Source: a virus | Direction: 5' to 3' (one strand) | Virus record (IMG/VR): IMGVR_UViG_3300025789_001553 | Coordinates: 18,477 to 82,476 of that record | Length of the DNA stretch: 64,000 nucleotides | Part shown: positions 9,722 to 20,189 of the stretch, one piece after another | Position numbering within the stretch: the first letter of the stretch is position 1 | How the letters are laid out: the number at the start of each line of letters is the position of its first letter | Notes under the pieces: model-generated | What the model was told of the DNA's origin: nothing | The model's database searches: none | What the model saw: the letters and a program-made list of their open reading frames with translations, nothing else | Program-made: the position numbers and the translations under genes

Positions 9722-10654
9722 ATGAGTGCCAAGAACATATACATTTTTACAGACATCGATTTAGATGGCTCCGTGAGTTTATTGGCACTACATTGGGGTC
9801 TTAATGCAAATATTGGCGACCTAAAATACAAAGCTACCACAGTCAGTAATTTAAGAAGAGAAATATTACGGTGGTTAGAAGAAGATAATTTCAGTAACTA
9901 CGATAAAGTTTACTTTTTAGATCTTGATACAAGTAATTGTGCAGATCTTATTGACAAAGCTAATGTAGAGATTATTGACCATCATCTAACGCACGTAAAC
10001 GCAAAAGATGTTTATAAGAACGCGACTGTTAATGTGGTTGAAGAAACTTCTTGTGCTAAAAAACTATATAAATATCTTAAGACAAGTTACCCTGGTTTTG
10101 AAAAGAAACTTTCTACAGAGCAAAAGCTTTTAATTGCGTTAGCGGATGATTACGACAGCTATCAATTTAAAATAAACGAATCTTATAATTTAAATTGCTT
10201 ATTAACCAACACACAAAAAACCTTAGACAAAACCCGTACTGATAAATTTGTTGAACGTTTTTATAACGGTTTTAGTGGTTTTAATAAACAAGAGCTTAAT
10301 ATCATTAAAGAATATATTAATGGTAGAGATAACACTATAAAGAACTTACAGGTGTTTTCAGGTAACGTGAATATTAGTAAGCAAAATGTTAAGGTTACAG
10401 GTACAACCGGTACAAAGTATGTTAATGATATTTGCGACCATTTAATTAAAGAATATGATTCAGATATTGTATTTTTCGTTAATACTAATAACTCACATGT
10501 ATCTTTTAGAAAGAAAAAAGAATGTAGTATAGATATGTCAAAGCTTGCTATTAAGCTATGCGAAGGTGGTGGTCACGAGTATGCCGCTGGTGGTAAAATT
10601 ACAGATACATTTATGGAATTTGTTAAACAATTAACCCCAGTGGAGAATCAATAA
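9722..10654 (+). CDS. DHH/DHHA1 phosphoesterase
   Basis: TDIDLDG, FLD, IDHH, SFR, GGGHEYAAGG. Confidence 0.88.
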   Translation: MSAKNIYIFTDIDLDGSVSLLALHWGLNANIGDLKYKATTVSNLRREILRWLEEDNFSNYDKVYFLDLDTSNCADLIDKANVEIIDHHLTHVNAKDVYKNATVNVVEETSCAKKLYKYLKTSYPGFEKKLSTEQKLLIALADDYDSYQFKINESYNLNCLLTNTQKTLDKTRTDKFVERFYNGFSGFNKQELNIIKEYINGRDNTIKNLQVFSGNVNISKQNVKVTGTTGTKYVNDICDHLIKEYDSDIVFFVNTNNSHVSFRKKKECSIDMSKLAIKLCEGGGHEYAAGGKITDTFMEFVKQLTPVENQ

Positions 10655-10950
10655 TGTCTGGAGTAATTGGTGCATTAGAATCCGCAGTTTTAGAAAACCC
10701 ACTTGACTCTTTAATTGAAGAAGAGGTAGAAGCAGAGCTAATTAAGTTTAGCTCGTTTTGTTCCATTATACACAATAAAAAACTTAACAATGTGGCTGTG
10801 TTTTCATTGATTGTTAAGAACAAAATATACAAAAAAGTTTACATGCGGATGTTACAGGTTGACAACGAGAAAGAAGCTATTTTAATATTTTTAAAGTATA
10901 ATTCTAACCTTTGCCGTAGCAAAGTTGTGAGAGAGGTACTACAATCGTAG
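10654..10950 (+). CDS. Hypothetical protein
   Basis: TAATG-coupled ORF. Confidence 0.6.
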   Translation: MSGVIGALESAVLENPLDSLIEEEVEAELIKFSSFCSIIHNKKLNNVAVFSLIVKNKIYKKVYMRMLQVDNEKEAILIFLKYNSNLCRSKVVREVLQS

Positions 10951-10955
10951 TACTA

Positions 10956-11612
10956 ATGAACGTTCCGGAAATTTATAATACATATTTAAGCGTTTCGCGT
11001 GGCTCTTTAAACAAGCCTTGGAAAGCACGTAAAGACTTTAATGATTTTGACAAAACCCCGGATGGTGTTATTTGTAAGCGTTTGGAATTATTCTTTAAGA
11101 AATTTCCTCAAATAGATCCAAGAGACTATTTTAAAGCACCTTATATTGTTTATAAAGATGAAGAGCATTTTCCGCTAAATTTTTACACTACACAAAAAGC
11201 TATAGCTATTTATACTACAGTAGAAAAGCAAAAGAAAGAAGAATTACCGGATACGGAAAGTCAAATTGAAGACATTAAAAAGACTTTAAAACATATTGCC
11301 GGTACTTGCCTTCGCCAGAAAACTACACTTACTGATTACTGTAGAGCGAAAGAAGGATATACATATAGAATATTTAACGAATATAATAACAAACTTATTA
11401 ACATTTATGTACTGATTAAGTTGCCTTTCTTTGAAAACCAGCTAAACTCTCTTAACCCTCAAGATAAGTTACTTTACTTGAAAGATGCTGCAAATAACAT
11501 CCAGAAATACAAGATGCGATTGAACTCATCCATTAGAGCAAAGAAACTTATTGACGAAGGTCTCAAACTAATAACAAATACAACTAATACTATTGATAAA
11601 ACTAAAAACTAA
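10956..11612 (+). CDS. Hypothetical protein (basic; occupies the gp59 helicase-loader position before SSB)
   Basis: ORF size and synteny only. Confidence 0.55.
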   Translation: MNVPEIYNTYLSVSRGSLNKPWKARKDFNDFDKTPDGVICKRLELFFKKFPQIDPRDYFKAPYIVYKDEEHFPLNFYTTQKAIAIYTTVEKQKKEELPDTESQIEDIKKTLKHIAGTCLRQKTTLTDYCRAKEGYTYRIFNEYNNKLINIYVLIKLPFFENQLNSLNPQDKLLYLKDAANNIQKYKMRLNSSIRAKKLIDEGLKLITNTTNTIDKTKN

Positions 11613-11632
11613 ACTAAAATCACAACACAATT

Positions 11633-12544
11633 ATGAAACCTACGTTTAATTCAAATATGTTCGAAAGCATTAAAAGCGCTCTCGACTCAGCTAAGACAAA
11701 AAATACTGGTAGCAGCTTTAAGAATCTATTCTCTATTGCTAAGCCAGGTAATTATGTAGTACGTTTACTACCTAATATTAAAAACCCAGGTGAAACCTTT
11801 TTACATTATTATCATCACGGTTGGAATAGTATTGCTACCGGTCAATACGTAAGTGTAACATCTCCTTCTACATGGGGTGAACGTTGCCCGATTAGTGAAC
11901 TATACTTTAAGGTATTACGCGGTGGTACTCCTGATGAACAAGAAAAGGCTAAAGCAAATCTACGTCGTAAAGAGAACTGGTATGTTAATGTTTATGTAGT
12001 AAGTGATCCAGTATCACCAGAAAACAACGGTACTGTTAAAGTATTACGTTTCGGTAAACAATTAAACAAGATTATTGAATCTGCTATTAGTGGTGATGAT
12101 TCAGCTGAATTCGGCGCTAAGATCTTTGATCTAAGTGAAAATGGCTGTAACTTACGTATTAAAGCAGAATTAGTATCAGATAAGCCAGGTGCACCAAAGT
12201 ACCCAACTTATACAGCTTCTAAGTTCTTATCACCATCTGCTATTGATGGCTTAGATGAAGACAAGATTCAAGATGTATATGAAAGCATTTATGATCTTGG
12301 TACTTTTGTAGAGCATAAAACACCTGCAGAATTACAAACATTTATTGATACTCACTATTATGGTACAGATGCTGCTCCAGTATCCGCACCGGTTGTAGAG
12401 GAAGAAGAAGATGTACCATACGATACACCTGCACCTAAACCAGCAGCAAAGTCAGTCGCTAAATCGGCACCTATAGTTGCAGAAGATTCAGATACAAACG
12501 ACGATAAAGTTAAAGCCATTCTCGATGGTCTTGATAACTTATAA
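11633..12544 (+). CDS. Single-stranded DNA-binding protein (T4 gp32-like)
   Basis: VVRLLP, YYHHGW, CPI, NVYVVSDP..PENNGTVK..FGK, FDL..GCNL, acidic C-terminal tail. Confidence 0.9.
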   Translation: MKPTFNSNMFESIKSALDSAKTKNTGSSFKNLFSIAKPGNYVVRLLPNIKNPGETFLHYYHHGWNSIATGQYVSVTSPSTWGERCPISELYFKVLRGGTPDEQEKAKANLRRKENWYVNVYVVSDPVSPENNGTVKVLRFGKQLNKIIESAISGDDSAEFGAKIFDLSENGCNLRIKAELVSDKPGAPKYPTYTASKFLSPSAIDGLDEDKIQDVYESIYDLGTFVEHKTPAELQTFIDTHYYGTDAAPVSAPVVEEEEDVPYDTPAPKPAAKSVAKSAPIVAEDSDTNDDKVKAILDGLDNL

Positions 12545-12549
12545 TCTCA

Positions 12550-13122
12550 ATGACTGAACAAGAAAGAAGACAGCAAATATTACAAGCTCGTCAGCAGACT
12601 GCCCAACAGCGGTCTGCTGTACCCGCTATGTCAGATACAGAAGCTGAACAATTAGCTTCTCAACAACAGGGGTTAACGCAAGAGCAGATGATTGCTATTG
12701 CTATGCTTGGTAAAATGGTGTCTAATGATATAGGCGGTATTAAAAAGAACGCTATAGGTGATAGCCTGAAAGTAACAGATGTGGATATGTCTAAAGTAAT
12801 GCCTTCAAACATTATGAAGGCAGCTGGTATGACTATACCACAACAAAGACTCTCGCAACAGAGACCAGTACAGCAACCTATTATCAGTCAACCCACTCTA
12901 CAACCAGCAGCTCAATTTGAAGCACTTCCTGTACAGCAGGTTAGTCAACCAGTTTCCGATTCAGGACAACTCGAATTTGATTTAAATAAACAAGCTCGTT
13001 ACGAAGATATAATAAATGCTATTGATAAATTAGAGAATAAGGTTAATATGTTAACCGACAAGATTAACACTCTAATTGACTCTAATAATAAAAAAAAACC
13101 GAAGATAGCAAATGGAACTTAA
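12550..13122 (+). CDS. Hypothetical Gln-rich protein with C-terminal coiled coil
   Basis: ORF in operon context. Confidence 0.65.
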   Translation: MTEQERRQQILQARQQTAQQRSAVPAMSDTEAEQLASQQQGLTQEQMIAIAMLGKMVSNDIGGIKKNAIGDSLKVTDVDMSKVMPSNIMKAAGMTIPQQRLSQQRPVQQPIISQPTLQPAAQFEALPVQQVSQPVSDSGQLEFDLNKQARYEDIINAIDKLENKVNMLTDKINTLIDSNNKKKPKIANGT

Positions 13123-13846
13123 ACTGGCTAAAAAAGATTTCGCTGATAATTTTTTAAATATTATCAGTAAAGCTGTAGATGTAGCTTGTATCAAGGTCAA
13201 CAAAGATGGTTTATACGTCTTATGTAACAAACCTGATACAAGTATTATATTACTTGGTAAATACAACTACCCTATTGATATTGCTCAAGAGCAGTCACTT
13301 AATATTGGAGATATTAAAAAGCTGTTGCGTGTTATTGACTGTATAGAAGAAGATGATTTTACCTTTAAAATTAACAGTAATCATTTATTTCATAAATCAG
13401 ATTCAATACAATTTAAATATCACTTTTTAGATGATACAGCAGTACCAAAAGCTTCAATTAAGAAAGAAAAAGTAGAAGCATTAGAACTTGATACCTTTTT
13501 TGATATTGATTACCGCAAACTACAAGAAATCCTTAAAGCAAGTTCGTTTACTACAGATACCAATAAGATATATCTATACGGACAACAAGACGGCGTGTAC
13601 TGCGAATTAGGTGATAAAGAATCTGCTAATACAGATAGTGTATCGCTTAAGGTAACTGATAAAATAGAGGGTAAACCATTAAATCAGGTTATACCTTTTA
13701 ACTTAGATATCTTTAGAGTATTAACCGGAGTTAAGTTTGAAACCGCAAGAGTAGGTATCAATCTTAAGCTTAAAATAATGTCATTTTATGTTAAGCCAAC
13801 ACCCGAAACTGAATTTAAGTTTATTATTTCTGGATTAGTTAAATAA
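13112..13846 (+). CDS. Probable sliding clamp (gp45/PCNA-like)
   Basis: 244 aa, two-fold alpha/beta periodicity, replication-module position. Confidence 0.6.
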   Translation: MELKLAKKDFADNFLNIISKAVDVACIKVNKDGLYVLCNKPDTSIILLGKYNYPIDIAQEQSLNIGDIKKLLRVIDCIEEDDFTFKINSNHLFHKSDSIQFKYHFLDDTAVPKASIKKEKVEALELDTFFDIDYRKLQEILKASSFTTDTNKIYLYGQQDGVYCELGDKESANTDSVSLKVTDKIEGKPLNQVIPFNLDIFRVLTGVKFETARVGINLKLKIMSFYVKPTPETEFKFIISGLVK

Positions 13847-14176
13847 ATGGCTAACAAGATAACAACTCAAAGTTATTTTATTAAAAGACTTAAAGACTCT
13901 GGTTATATGGTTTATAAGATCTTTGATGAATACGGTGAAGCTGATCCTCGTTCGTGGACTGTAATGATTGATCCAGGCAATGCTTCAGTATTTTGTACAT
14001 GTTACGTTAATCATCATGGTATGTTTGGCGAAACATTTTTTGAATTTTATGACGGAGGTCAATATATTCCTGAGCGATTTAAGTTGAAAACTGACTCGAT
14101 CGAGGTTATAATAAGCTATTTAGTAAAATATGGAATCAACAACAAATCAGAGTTATACAACGGGCGAACAATTTAA
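13847..14176 (+). CDS. Hypothetical protein
   Basis: ORF directly after the upstream stop. Confidence 0.65.
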   Translation: MANKITTQSYFIKRLKDSGYMVYKIFDEYGEADPRSWTVMIDPGNASVFCTCYVNHHGMFGETFFEFYDGGQYIPERFKLKTDSIEVIISYLVKYGINNKSELYNGRTI

Positions 14177-14195
14177 GTCCGTAAAATCTTTTAAC

Positions 14196-14855
14196 ATGGC
14201 AAATAAAGTAAAACACCCAATACTTCCTACTGCTAATAGCAGTATGATAACTACAGAAGAAGATAGAAAAGCTATTATTGATAACGCAGCAGAAGCTTAT
14301 GCAGACTTTCTCGACGCTTTGCGTATTGATTGGCGTAATGATGTCAATAGTGCCGACACACCACGTCGTGTAGCTAAGGCATATGTATGTGATCTTATTA
14401 AAGGTTGCTATGAGGGGCCACCAAAGATTACTACATTCCCTTCAGACGGTTATGATGGTATTGTTAGTCAGATGAACATACCTGTAGTATCTATGTGTTC
14501 ACATCACCATCTATCATTTACCGGTGTTGCACATGTAGCTTATATTCCTGATAAAAATGGTCAAGTTATTGGTCTATCTAAACTTAATCGTATTGTAGAA
14601 CATTATGCTCGTCGCCCTCAAATACAAGAAGGCTTAACAGTTCAGATTCATAAAGCTATTGATCAACTATGCACAGGCAATCAGGGCGTAGCAGTTATTC
14701 TTAAATGCTCTCATACTTGTGCTTGCCATCGTGGTGTAAAGCATCATGGTTGTGCTATGATTACCTCTAAGTTATCTGGGGATTTTATGAACGAACCACA
14801 AACTCGTAAAGAGTTCTATGATTTTGTTGCTTCCGCTGAACGAGACACTAAATAA
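14196..14855 (+). CDS. folE: GTP cyclohydrolase I
   Basis: [39 protein letters not shown]; ATG 14196 preferred to the overlapping 14130. Confidence 0.95.
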   Translation: MANKVKHPILPTANSSMITTEEDRKAIIDNAAEAYADFLDALRIDWRNDVNSADTPRRVAKAYVCDLIKGCYEGPPKITTFPSDGYDGIVSQMNIPVVSMCSHHHLSFTGVAHVAYIPDKNGQVIGLSKLNRIVEHYARRPQIQEGLTVQIHKAIDQLCTGNQGVAVILKCSHTCACHRGVKHHGCAMITSKLSGDFMNEPQTRKEFYDFVASAERDTK

Positions 14856-14857
14856 TT

Positions 14858-15283
14858 ATGGTGAGCAAAGAACAAAAAGTATCTAAAGCTAATAAAAAGA
14901 ACTCTCCTAAAAAGAAAGCTCAAGCCTCTGCTTCAGATGCTTTAAAGGTTCCGGTACTACCAGTGACGTTAACCGAAGATCAAAAAAAAATTAGAGATCT
15001 GATCTTACATGCTCAAGTGGAGTTTGCTAAACTTAAAAACAATATCATTAAAGAAAGACGTGGAGAGATTGCTGCTCTTGAAACACAAATAAAAGAGTTT
15101 ATGGGCCCGTTTATGTTAATTGGATATGATATTAACAATAATCCAATAGAATTAATATCAGCAAACTCTACTGCAGAGAATGATGCACTACTGGAACGTT
15201 TTAGACGTGTAATGTATAAAATTAATCAGAATATTGCTAATTCCGGTGGGGAAGACCCTTATGGTCACCAAAATACTGACTAA
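14858..15283 (+). CDS. Hypothetical protein
   Basis: ORF in operon context. Confidence 0.6.
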   Translation: MVSKEQKVSKANKKNSPKKKAQASASDALKVPVLPVTLTEDQKKIRDLILHAQVEFAKLKNNIIKERRGEIAALETQIKEFMGPFMLIGYDINNNPIELISANSTAENDALLERFRRVMYKINQNIANSGGEDPYGHQNTD

Positions 15284-15578
15284 ACTTAAGTTATTTTTTC
15301 TACCTAAAAAACGCCGTATTTATGTTGTTCTTGAAGGGCAATACAAAGGTGAATGGTTAGTGAAGGTAAAAACTGATAAAGAAAATATAACGTTTTTCTC
15401 GTTACCGGATAAATTTATACGCGGTATACCTACAAAAGACTATGAGTGGGGTATACAAAATAAAGTTTTGGAACCAGTAGATGTTTTACCTGAAAAGGTA
15501 TATAATGTCTGTTTAGCAGAATACAACCTTAAAGCTACCGATGTCCAAAAAAATAACGCTCTTAATAGACGGGAATAA
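15261..15578 (+). CDS. Hypothetical protein
   Basis: ORF; ATG 15261 preferred. Confidence 0.55.
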   Translation: MVTKILTKLKLFFLPKKRRIYVVLEGQYKGEWLVKVKTDKENITFFSLPDKFIRGIPTKDYEWGIQNKVLEPVDVLPEKVYNVCLAEYNLKATDVQKNNALNRRE

Positions 15579-16464
15579 CACCCTTCACCGCACCCACTGG
15601 GTAGCCAATAACACTGGTCGCCAATTAATTAACTCAAAAGGTGTTAATGTTGGTAGTACATTTACTTTTCTTAAAACAGTTAAGTCGTATGTAGATCAGT
15701 TTAATGCGGATGATGTTTACATTGCATGGGATAAAAAGCTAACCGAAGGTGCTGTTAATTTTCGTAATACTTTAATGGAAGGTACGTATAAAGCGGGTAG
15801 AGATCATGTACGTAACAAAGCGGTATACGATGATGCAGATGGAATTATTGAAATTACAAAAACACTTGGAATTAAAAACATTTTTCCAGGAGAGTTAGAA
15901 GCAGATGATGTTATTAGCTGGTTAAGTGAAAATATAGAAGGTAAAAAGATAATTGTCAGTGTTGATAACGACTTTGCACAGTTAGTTAACGACAGTATAT
16001 CCCTTTATAGCCCAATTAAAAAACTTCTTGTAGATGTTAATAACTTTGAAGAATACTATGGATTAAACCCAAAAGAATTCTTGTATTACAAGTGTATAGT
16101 AGGAGATAAATCTGATAATATACCAGGTATTGAGGGAGTAGGTAAAATACGCGGACAAAAACTTGCAAAATTATTTGTTGTTGGGGATACAAAATCTCAA
16201 GAACAATGTAATGCACAAGTTTCATTAAATATGCCTCTTGTTAGTTTAACCTATGGGTTTAACACACACCCTAATGAAATAAAACTTTATGAAAAGCAGT
16301 TTTCTAATGCAAAGAATGCTAAAGCAGATTTTAGCTCGTTTATTGCATATTGTACAGAGTTAGAGTTTAACTCTATCATAGATAAAATGAGTAATTGGCA
16401 AGCTTCCTTTAACAAAACATCGAATAATGATGTTTTAGCTGGGTATTTTAAGGCTTTTGAGTAA
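15541..16464 (+). CDS. rnh: 5'-3' exonuclease / T4 RNase H (FEN family)
   Basis: LLIDGNN, YKAGR, EADDVI, SVDNDFAQL, GDKSDNIPGIEGVG (H3TH). Confidence 0.92.
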   Translation: MSKKITLLIDGNNTLHRTHWVANNTGRQLINSKGVNVGSTFTFLKTVKSYVDQFNADDVYIAWDKKLTEGAVNFRNTLMEGTYKAGRDHVRNKAVYDDADGIIEITKTLGIKNIFPGELEADDVISWLSENIEGKKIIVSVDNDFAQLVNDSISLYSPIKKLLVDVNNFEEYYGLNPKEFLYYKCIVGDKSDNIPGIEGVGKIRGQKLAKLFVVGDTKSQEQCNAQVSLNMPLVSLTYGFNTHPNEIKLYEKQFSNAKNAKADFSSFIAYCTELEFNSIIDKMSNWQASFNKTSNNDVLAGYFKAFE

Positions 16465-16474
16465 GTATTTGATT

Positions 16475-16669
16475 ATGTTACCAAATACAATAGAACCACG
16501 CCCATCTTCTTGCAGTACTTGTGGTCAACCAGCAGTACACCCACGTATTTCACAAGTTAGACGTGGTAAAGACGTTGTAACCGAAGCTCACTGGATTTGT
16601 CCAAGATGTAACAGTAGATTCATGTATGGGACAGTAAGTATAGTTAACAGTGAAACCAAGAAAAACTAA
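16475..16669 (+). CDS. Small zinc-ribbon protein
   Basis: CSTC...CPRC; TAAGTA at 16462-16467 upstream. Confidence 0.6.
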   Translation: MLPNTIEPRPSSCSTCGQPAVHPRISQVRRGKDVVTEAHWICPRCNSRFMYGTVSIVNSETKKN

Positions 16670-17045
16670 GAAAATCCTTGACGAGTCGTCATTCTACACT
16701 GGCTCATACTCTGGCCAACAGGCTCCGGAGACAACATCAGCTTACGAGTACAGTAGAGACAGTGTTCCTACACTGAACAAAATCGAGGAACTTAGAAACA
16801 AAGGAAACAATATGGGTGTTCCACAAGAATTGCCGTTTCCTTTTCAAGATTCTGTTAGAGAGCTTGCTGATTTATATTTAAAAGCACAAGATTTAAGAAA
16901 TAAAGCACGTGATGCTGCAAAATTACCTTTTTTTAAAGGTAGAGAAGCTAAGCTTGAATCATTCCGTGGTAAACTAAACGGTATTATGGTTGAGTGTAAA
17001 AAGTTAGCTGCTGATTTGCACAATTTTTCTCTTGCACCTAAGTGA
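16650..17045 (+). CDS. Hypothetical protein
   Basis: ORF, GTG start. Confidence 0.55.
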   Translation: MKPRKTKKILDESSFYTGSYSGQQAPETTSAYEYSRDSVPTLNKIEELRNKGNNMGVPQELPFPFQDSVRELADLYLKAQDLRNKARDAAKLPFFKGREAKLESFRGKLNGIMVECKKLAADLHNFSLAPK

Positions 17046-17070
17046 ATAAGTTCCTCTAATAGGGGATCTT

Positions 17071-17496
17071 ATGAGAGACAAATTAATATTATTATTTAAA
17101 TCATTAACCGTAACTGTGGCTATATCTGCCTTAATAGGTGGAACAGTTGCTTATTTCGGCCACCCATTTTGGATGTGGTTTGTAGTAGCATTTATCGGTC
17201 AATTCTTGGTATCTTATATTTCTAATTCGTTTTTAGAATATAAAGCATTAAGAGAAGCAAGAGCTCTCAAGATAAGAGAGGCTCAAATAGCTGAACAAAA
17301 TACAATGAGAGTATCTTGTGCATCCTGTAAAAAAGAAAGTAATGTTATTGTATTCACTAATCAAGAAAATAGATTTAACTGTGGGTTTTGTAATGCTAAA
17401 AATTCTGTTTATTTAGTTGCAGAAACCGCTTTAGTAACAGACCCTATTTACGATGCGTCAGCACTTAAAAATATTTCATTAAATGGAAACCAATAA
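17071..17496 (+). CDS. Membrane protein with C-terminal zinc ribbon
   Basis: Two hydrophobic segments, CASC...CGFC; TTGCAC-N17-TCTAAT upstream. Confidence 0.65.
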   Translation: MRDKLILLFKSLTVTVAISALIGGTVAYFGHPFWMWFVVAFIGQFLVSYISNSFLEYKALREARALKIREAQIAEQNTMRVSCASCKKESNVIVFTNQENRFNCGFCNAKNSVYLVAETALVTDPIYDASALKNISLNGNQ

Positions 17497-17773
17497 TACA
17501 AATAAAGTATCACTTTACGAATTTAGCCGTTGGGCTGCTCTAATGGAAGCTGTAAATATTATAGCCGATAAATGCGAAGATAGGGGCATTGATTTTAATA
17601 GCCAAGAAGGCATGAAATATATTAAGCCATTAGATATTCAAGACTACGTTAATATACGTACTGATGCGTTAATGACTAAAATTAAAACAGCACGTACAAT
17701 CGAAAAGAACCTTAATAATATCAAATGCCTACAAATAGAAAAACAATTAAAACACTTGGAAGTTGTAGGGTAG
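17483..17773 (+). CDS. Hypothetical protein
   Basis: ORF in operon context. Confidence 0.55.
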   Translation: METNNTNKVSLYEFSRWAALMEAVNIIADKCEDRGIDFNSQEGMKYIKPLDIQDYVNIRTDALMTKIKTARTIEKNLNNIKCLQIEKQLKHLEVVG

Positions 17774-18288
17774 TACGTCTCTCAGGTGAGATTACTGAAG
17801 AGCTGGCTAATAAGATTATTGACCAGCTTATCAAGTATGACAAAAAAAGCAATAAAGACATTTTATTGCTTATTGACTCCCCTGGTGGTGATATAGATGC
17901 AACGCTTTCAATATACCAAATTATACAGTTATTAAGATGTAATGTAGCAACTTTAGCATTATCTAATGCTGCCTCTGCTGCTGCAGTACTCTTAGCGTGT
18001 GGAAAATTAGGTAAACGTATGGTAATGGAGCACAGTATTGTTATGCTACATGATATTAGTCAAGCAATGACAGAAGACTATCATAGAGTGTTAGAGAACG
18101 AATTAATATCGTTGCGTCTTTCTAAAGATATATTAAATACTATTTTACATAAACAAAATGTTAAAAAGCCTTTAGATTTGCTAAAACCGGAAGCAACCTA
18201 TATGCTTGGTAAACAAGCTGTTGAGCGTGGCTTAGCAGACTATGTTATAAAAGACTTTAATGAACTTTACAATATAACCGTTATATGA
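17725..18288 (+). CDS. ClpP-like protease subunit
   Basis: IDSPGG, AASAAAVLLACG (Ser), MLHD (His), A.E.GLADY. Confidence 0.85.
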   Translation: MPTNRKTIKTLGSCRVVRLSGEITEELANKIIDQLIKYDKKSNKDILLLIDSPGGDIDATLSIYQIIQLLRCNVATLALSNAASAAAVLLACGKLGKRMVMEHSIVMLHDISQAMTEDYHRVLENELISLRLSKDILNTILHKQNVKKPLDLLKPEATYMLGKQAVERGLADYVIKDFNELYNITVI

Positions 18289-18539
18289 ACAACCCTGAAT
18301 TTGTAATACTCGATTCTTCAATTAAGTACATGCATGCTCGTAATGTGCTTGAAGAAGGCCTGTTTTACTGTGATAATAATACGTGGTCCCGTAATTTAGA
18401 ACGCGCTGTTAAATATTCCGATTCTAACAGTGCAGTTGACATAGCAAAGAAGCTTCAAGCTGAAGAGAATCTACCTAAAAGAGTGCTTTTAGTACAGAGA
18501 AACGGTAACAATATAAATGTAGGAGATGTTAAGTTTTAG
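18285..18539 (+). CDS. Hypothetical protein
   Basis: ATGA-coupled ORF. Confidence 0.55.
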   Translation: MNNPEFVILDSSIKYMHARNVLEEGLFYCDNNTWSRNLERAVKYSDSNSAVDIAKKLQAEENLPKRVLLVQRNGNNINVGDVKF

Positions 18540-18573
18540 TGGATTTATACTTGTTTGTAGTTAATATTATATT

Positions 18574-18870
18574 ATGATCCTTAAATTAACGAACGCTTTT
18601 CCTGCTTATAGAGATAAATCTGTTATTATTAATACAGACTTTATTGTAAATGCACTTGAAAATTCAATTACAAGAGATGATGGCACGATAGAGAACGTAA
18701 CAACTGTTCACTGCCCCCCGCATGGTGTTTGGGAAGTTAAAGAAACTCCAGACGAGATATTTGCCATGATTAACGGTAACACAACAAAAGTATCTCAACC
18801 TGTAACTACTTTACTTGAAGAAACTACTGCACCAAAAGCAACCACTAAAAAGACACGTAAGAAGTCTTAA
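18574..18870 (+). CDS. Hypothetical protein, weak FlbD-like pattern
   Basis: MILKLT..INTDFI..VKETPDEI. Confidence 0.5.
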   Translation: MILKLTNAFPAYRDKSVIINTDFIVNALENSITRDDGTIENVTTVHCPPHGVWEVKETPDEIFAMINGNTTKVSQPVTTLLEETTAPKATTKKTRKKS

Positions 18871-19647
18871 TTAGTTTTTACAATATTGCAGCATGTGCAC
18901 GTATTTGGGTAGATACGTCTCATGCTGTATGTGATCAAATTCCATATTTGATCTAAAGAATATATCTTTACCCTGTTCTATAGCTTCTTTAATTTTTTCC
19001 GGGTCAGTGTATTTTGCGTTGTTATATTCTTGGTGAGAAAAGTTTTTAATTTTTCTTATTATTGCATTTACATCCCCGAAATAAGAAAAGTGCCAACCGG
19101 TTACTTGGTTGTGTAATGTAATATCAGCTATAGTAAATCTACTATTTCTAAGCTGTTGCATGTCTGAACCTGATTGTGTAAAAGTAGCTGCATCTACTAC
19201 TACAGTACCAGGCCACAGGTTTTTACATCTGCATTTTGTATTATAATAATAAAAGTGTTGTAAGAACTTATATTGACCGTGTAAATTTGCATTACGTAAT
19301 TGTTTTAACACATTAGTATCAGGTATTTCGTCTACGTCTGATAATAATATTAGGTCATCATTGTTTAATACAGGTAAACCAGTTTGTAAGAATTTTCTTT
19401 GACCTATTTCATTAGCCCATGCATCTGTAGAAGAATATAGCATATTGTTAGGTACATATTTTATTTTATCTGAAAACACTACAAACTTTTCAGCTATTTT
19501 AGGATAAAGTAGTTCTTTCTTATCTCCTTTAAATGTATACTCGCATTCAGTAATAATAAAAAGATCTACGTGGTCATATAATTCATGTAACCGAAAATTT
19601 AACATATCGGATTCCCCATTATACATTATACAATCATAAATATTCAT
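18871..19647 (-). CDS. Glycosyltransferase family 17 (beta-1,4-GlcNAc transferase-like)
   Basis: IYDCIMYNGESDML.FRLHEL, SDVDEIP, GWHFSYFG, KIKNFSHQE. Confidence 0.85.
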   Translation of the reverse strand: MNIYDCIMYNGESDMLNFRLHELYDHVDLFIITECEYTFKGDKKELLYPKIAEKFVVFSDKIKYVPNNMLYSSTDAWANEIGQRKFLQTGLPVLNNDDLILLSDVDEIPDTNVLKQLRNANLHGQYKFLQHFYYYNTKCRCKNLWPGTVVVDAATFTQSGSDMQQLRNSRFTIADITLHNQVTGWHFSYFGDVNAIIRKIKNFSHQEYNNAKYTDPEKIKEAIEQGKDIFFRSNMEFDHIQHETYLPKYVHMLQYCKN

Positions 19648-19681
19648 ACTTGTTAATTACCATTAGTTTGTAAATAATATA

Positions 19682-19873
19682 GTGGTATTAATACGTAGAG
19701 CTTCTAAAGACGGTAAAGACTATACTGTCCTAATGTTAAAAGGTGAAGAACCTAAATGGGTTCTTACAACTAACTATGAACATATGCGTATAATGCAAAT
19801 ATTCAAACAAGATAAATTTTATGAAGGTATCGAAAATGATTTCGTAGACTTTAAAGAAATACTGGATAAATAG
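19682..19873 (+). CDS. Hypothetical protein
   Basis: Short ORF with TAAATA at 19671-19676. Confidence 0.5.
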   Translation: MVLIRRASKDGKDYTVLMLKGEEPKWVLTTNYEHMRIMQIFKQDKFYEGIENDFVDFKEILDK

Positions 19874-19880
19874 ATAATAT

Positions 19881-19955
19881 GCGGGGTTAATTCAGTGGTA
19901 GAATATCTGCTTGCCAAGCAGGATGTCGGCGGTTCGAGCCCGCCACTCCGCTCCA
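19881..19955 (+). tRNA. tRNA-Gly(GCC)
   Basis: Acceptor GCGGGGT/ACTCCGC, anticodon arm TCTGC-TTGCCAA-GCAGG, T arm GGCGG-TTCGAGC-CCGCC, encoded CCA. Confidence 0.95.
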
Positions 19956-19964
19956 ATTCCTATT

Positions 19965-20189
19965 ATGAACAGTCACCTCATATCTTTATTAAAAGCTACT
20001 ACCTACAGAGTGTTAGGTAGTCTTGCAACATTTTTAATTAGCTACCTTTTAACAAAGCGTGCTGACCTGTCTTTAGGTATAGCGGGTATAGATTTTTTTG
20101 GTAAAATAGCATTATACTATTTACACGACAGAGTGTGGAGTGTAATACTCGCTAAAAAAACTAAAAAACCTAAAAAAGTAAAAGTTTAA
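19965..20189 (+). CDS. DUF2061-like small membrane protein
   Basis: SLLKATTYR..T..I...........G..KIALYYLHDRVW pattern; start moved downstream of the tRNA. Confidence 0.7.
   Translation: MNSHLISLLKATTYRVLGSLATFLISYLLTKRADLSLGIAGIDFFGKIALYYLHDRVWSVILAKKTKKPKKVKV

Noticed and set aside
19911-19964. N-terminal extension of the DUF2061-like ORF
   Set aside because: Overlaps tRNA-Gly; ATG 19965 is the plausible start
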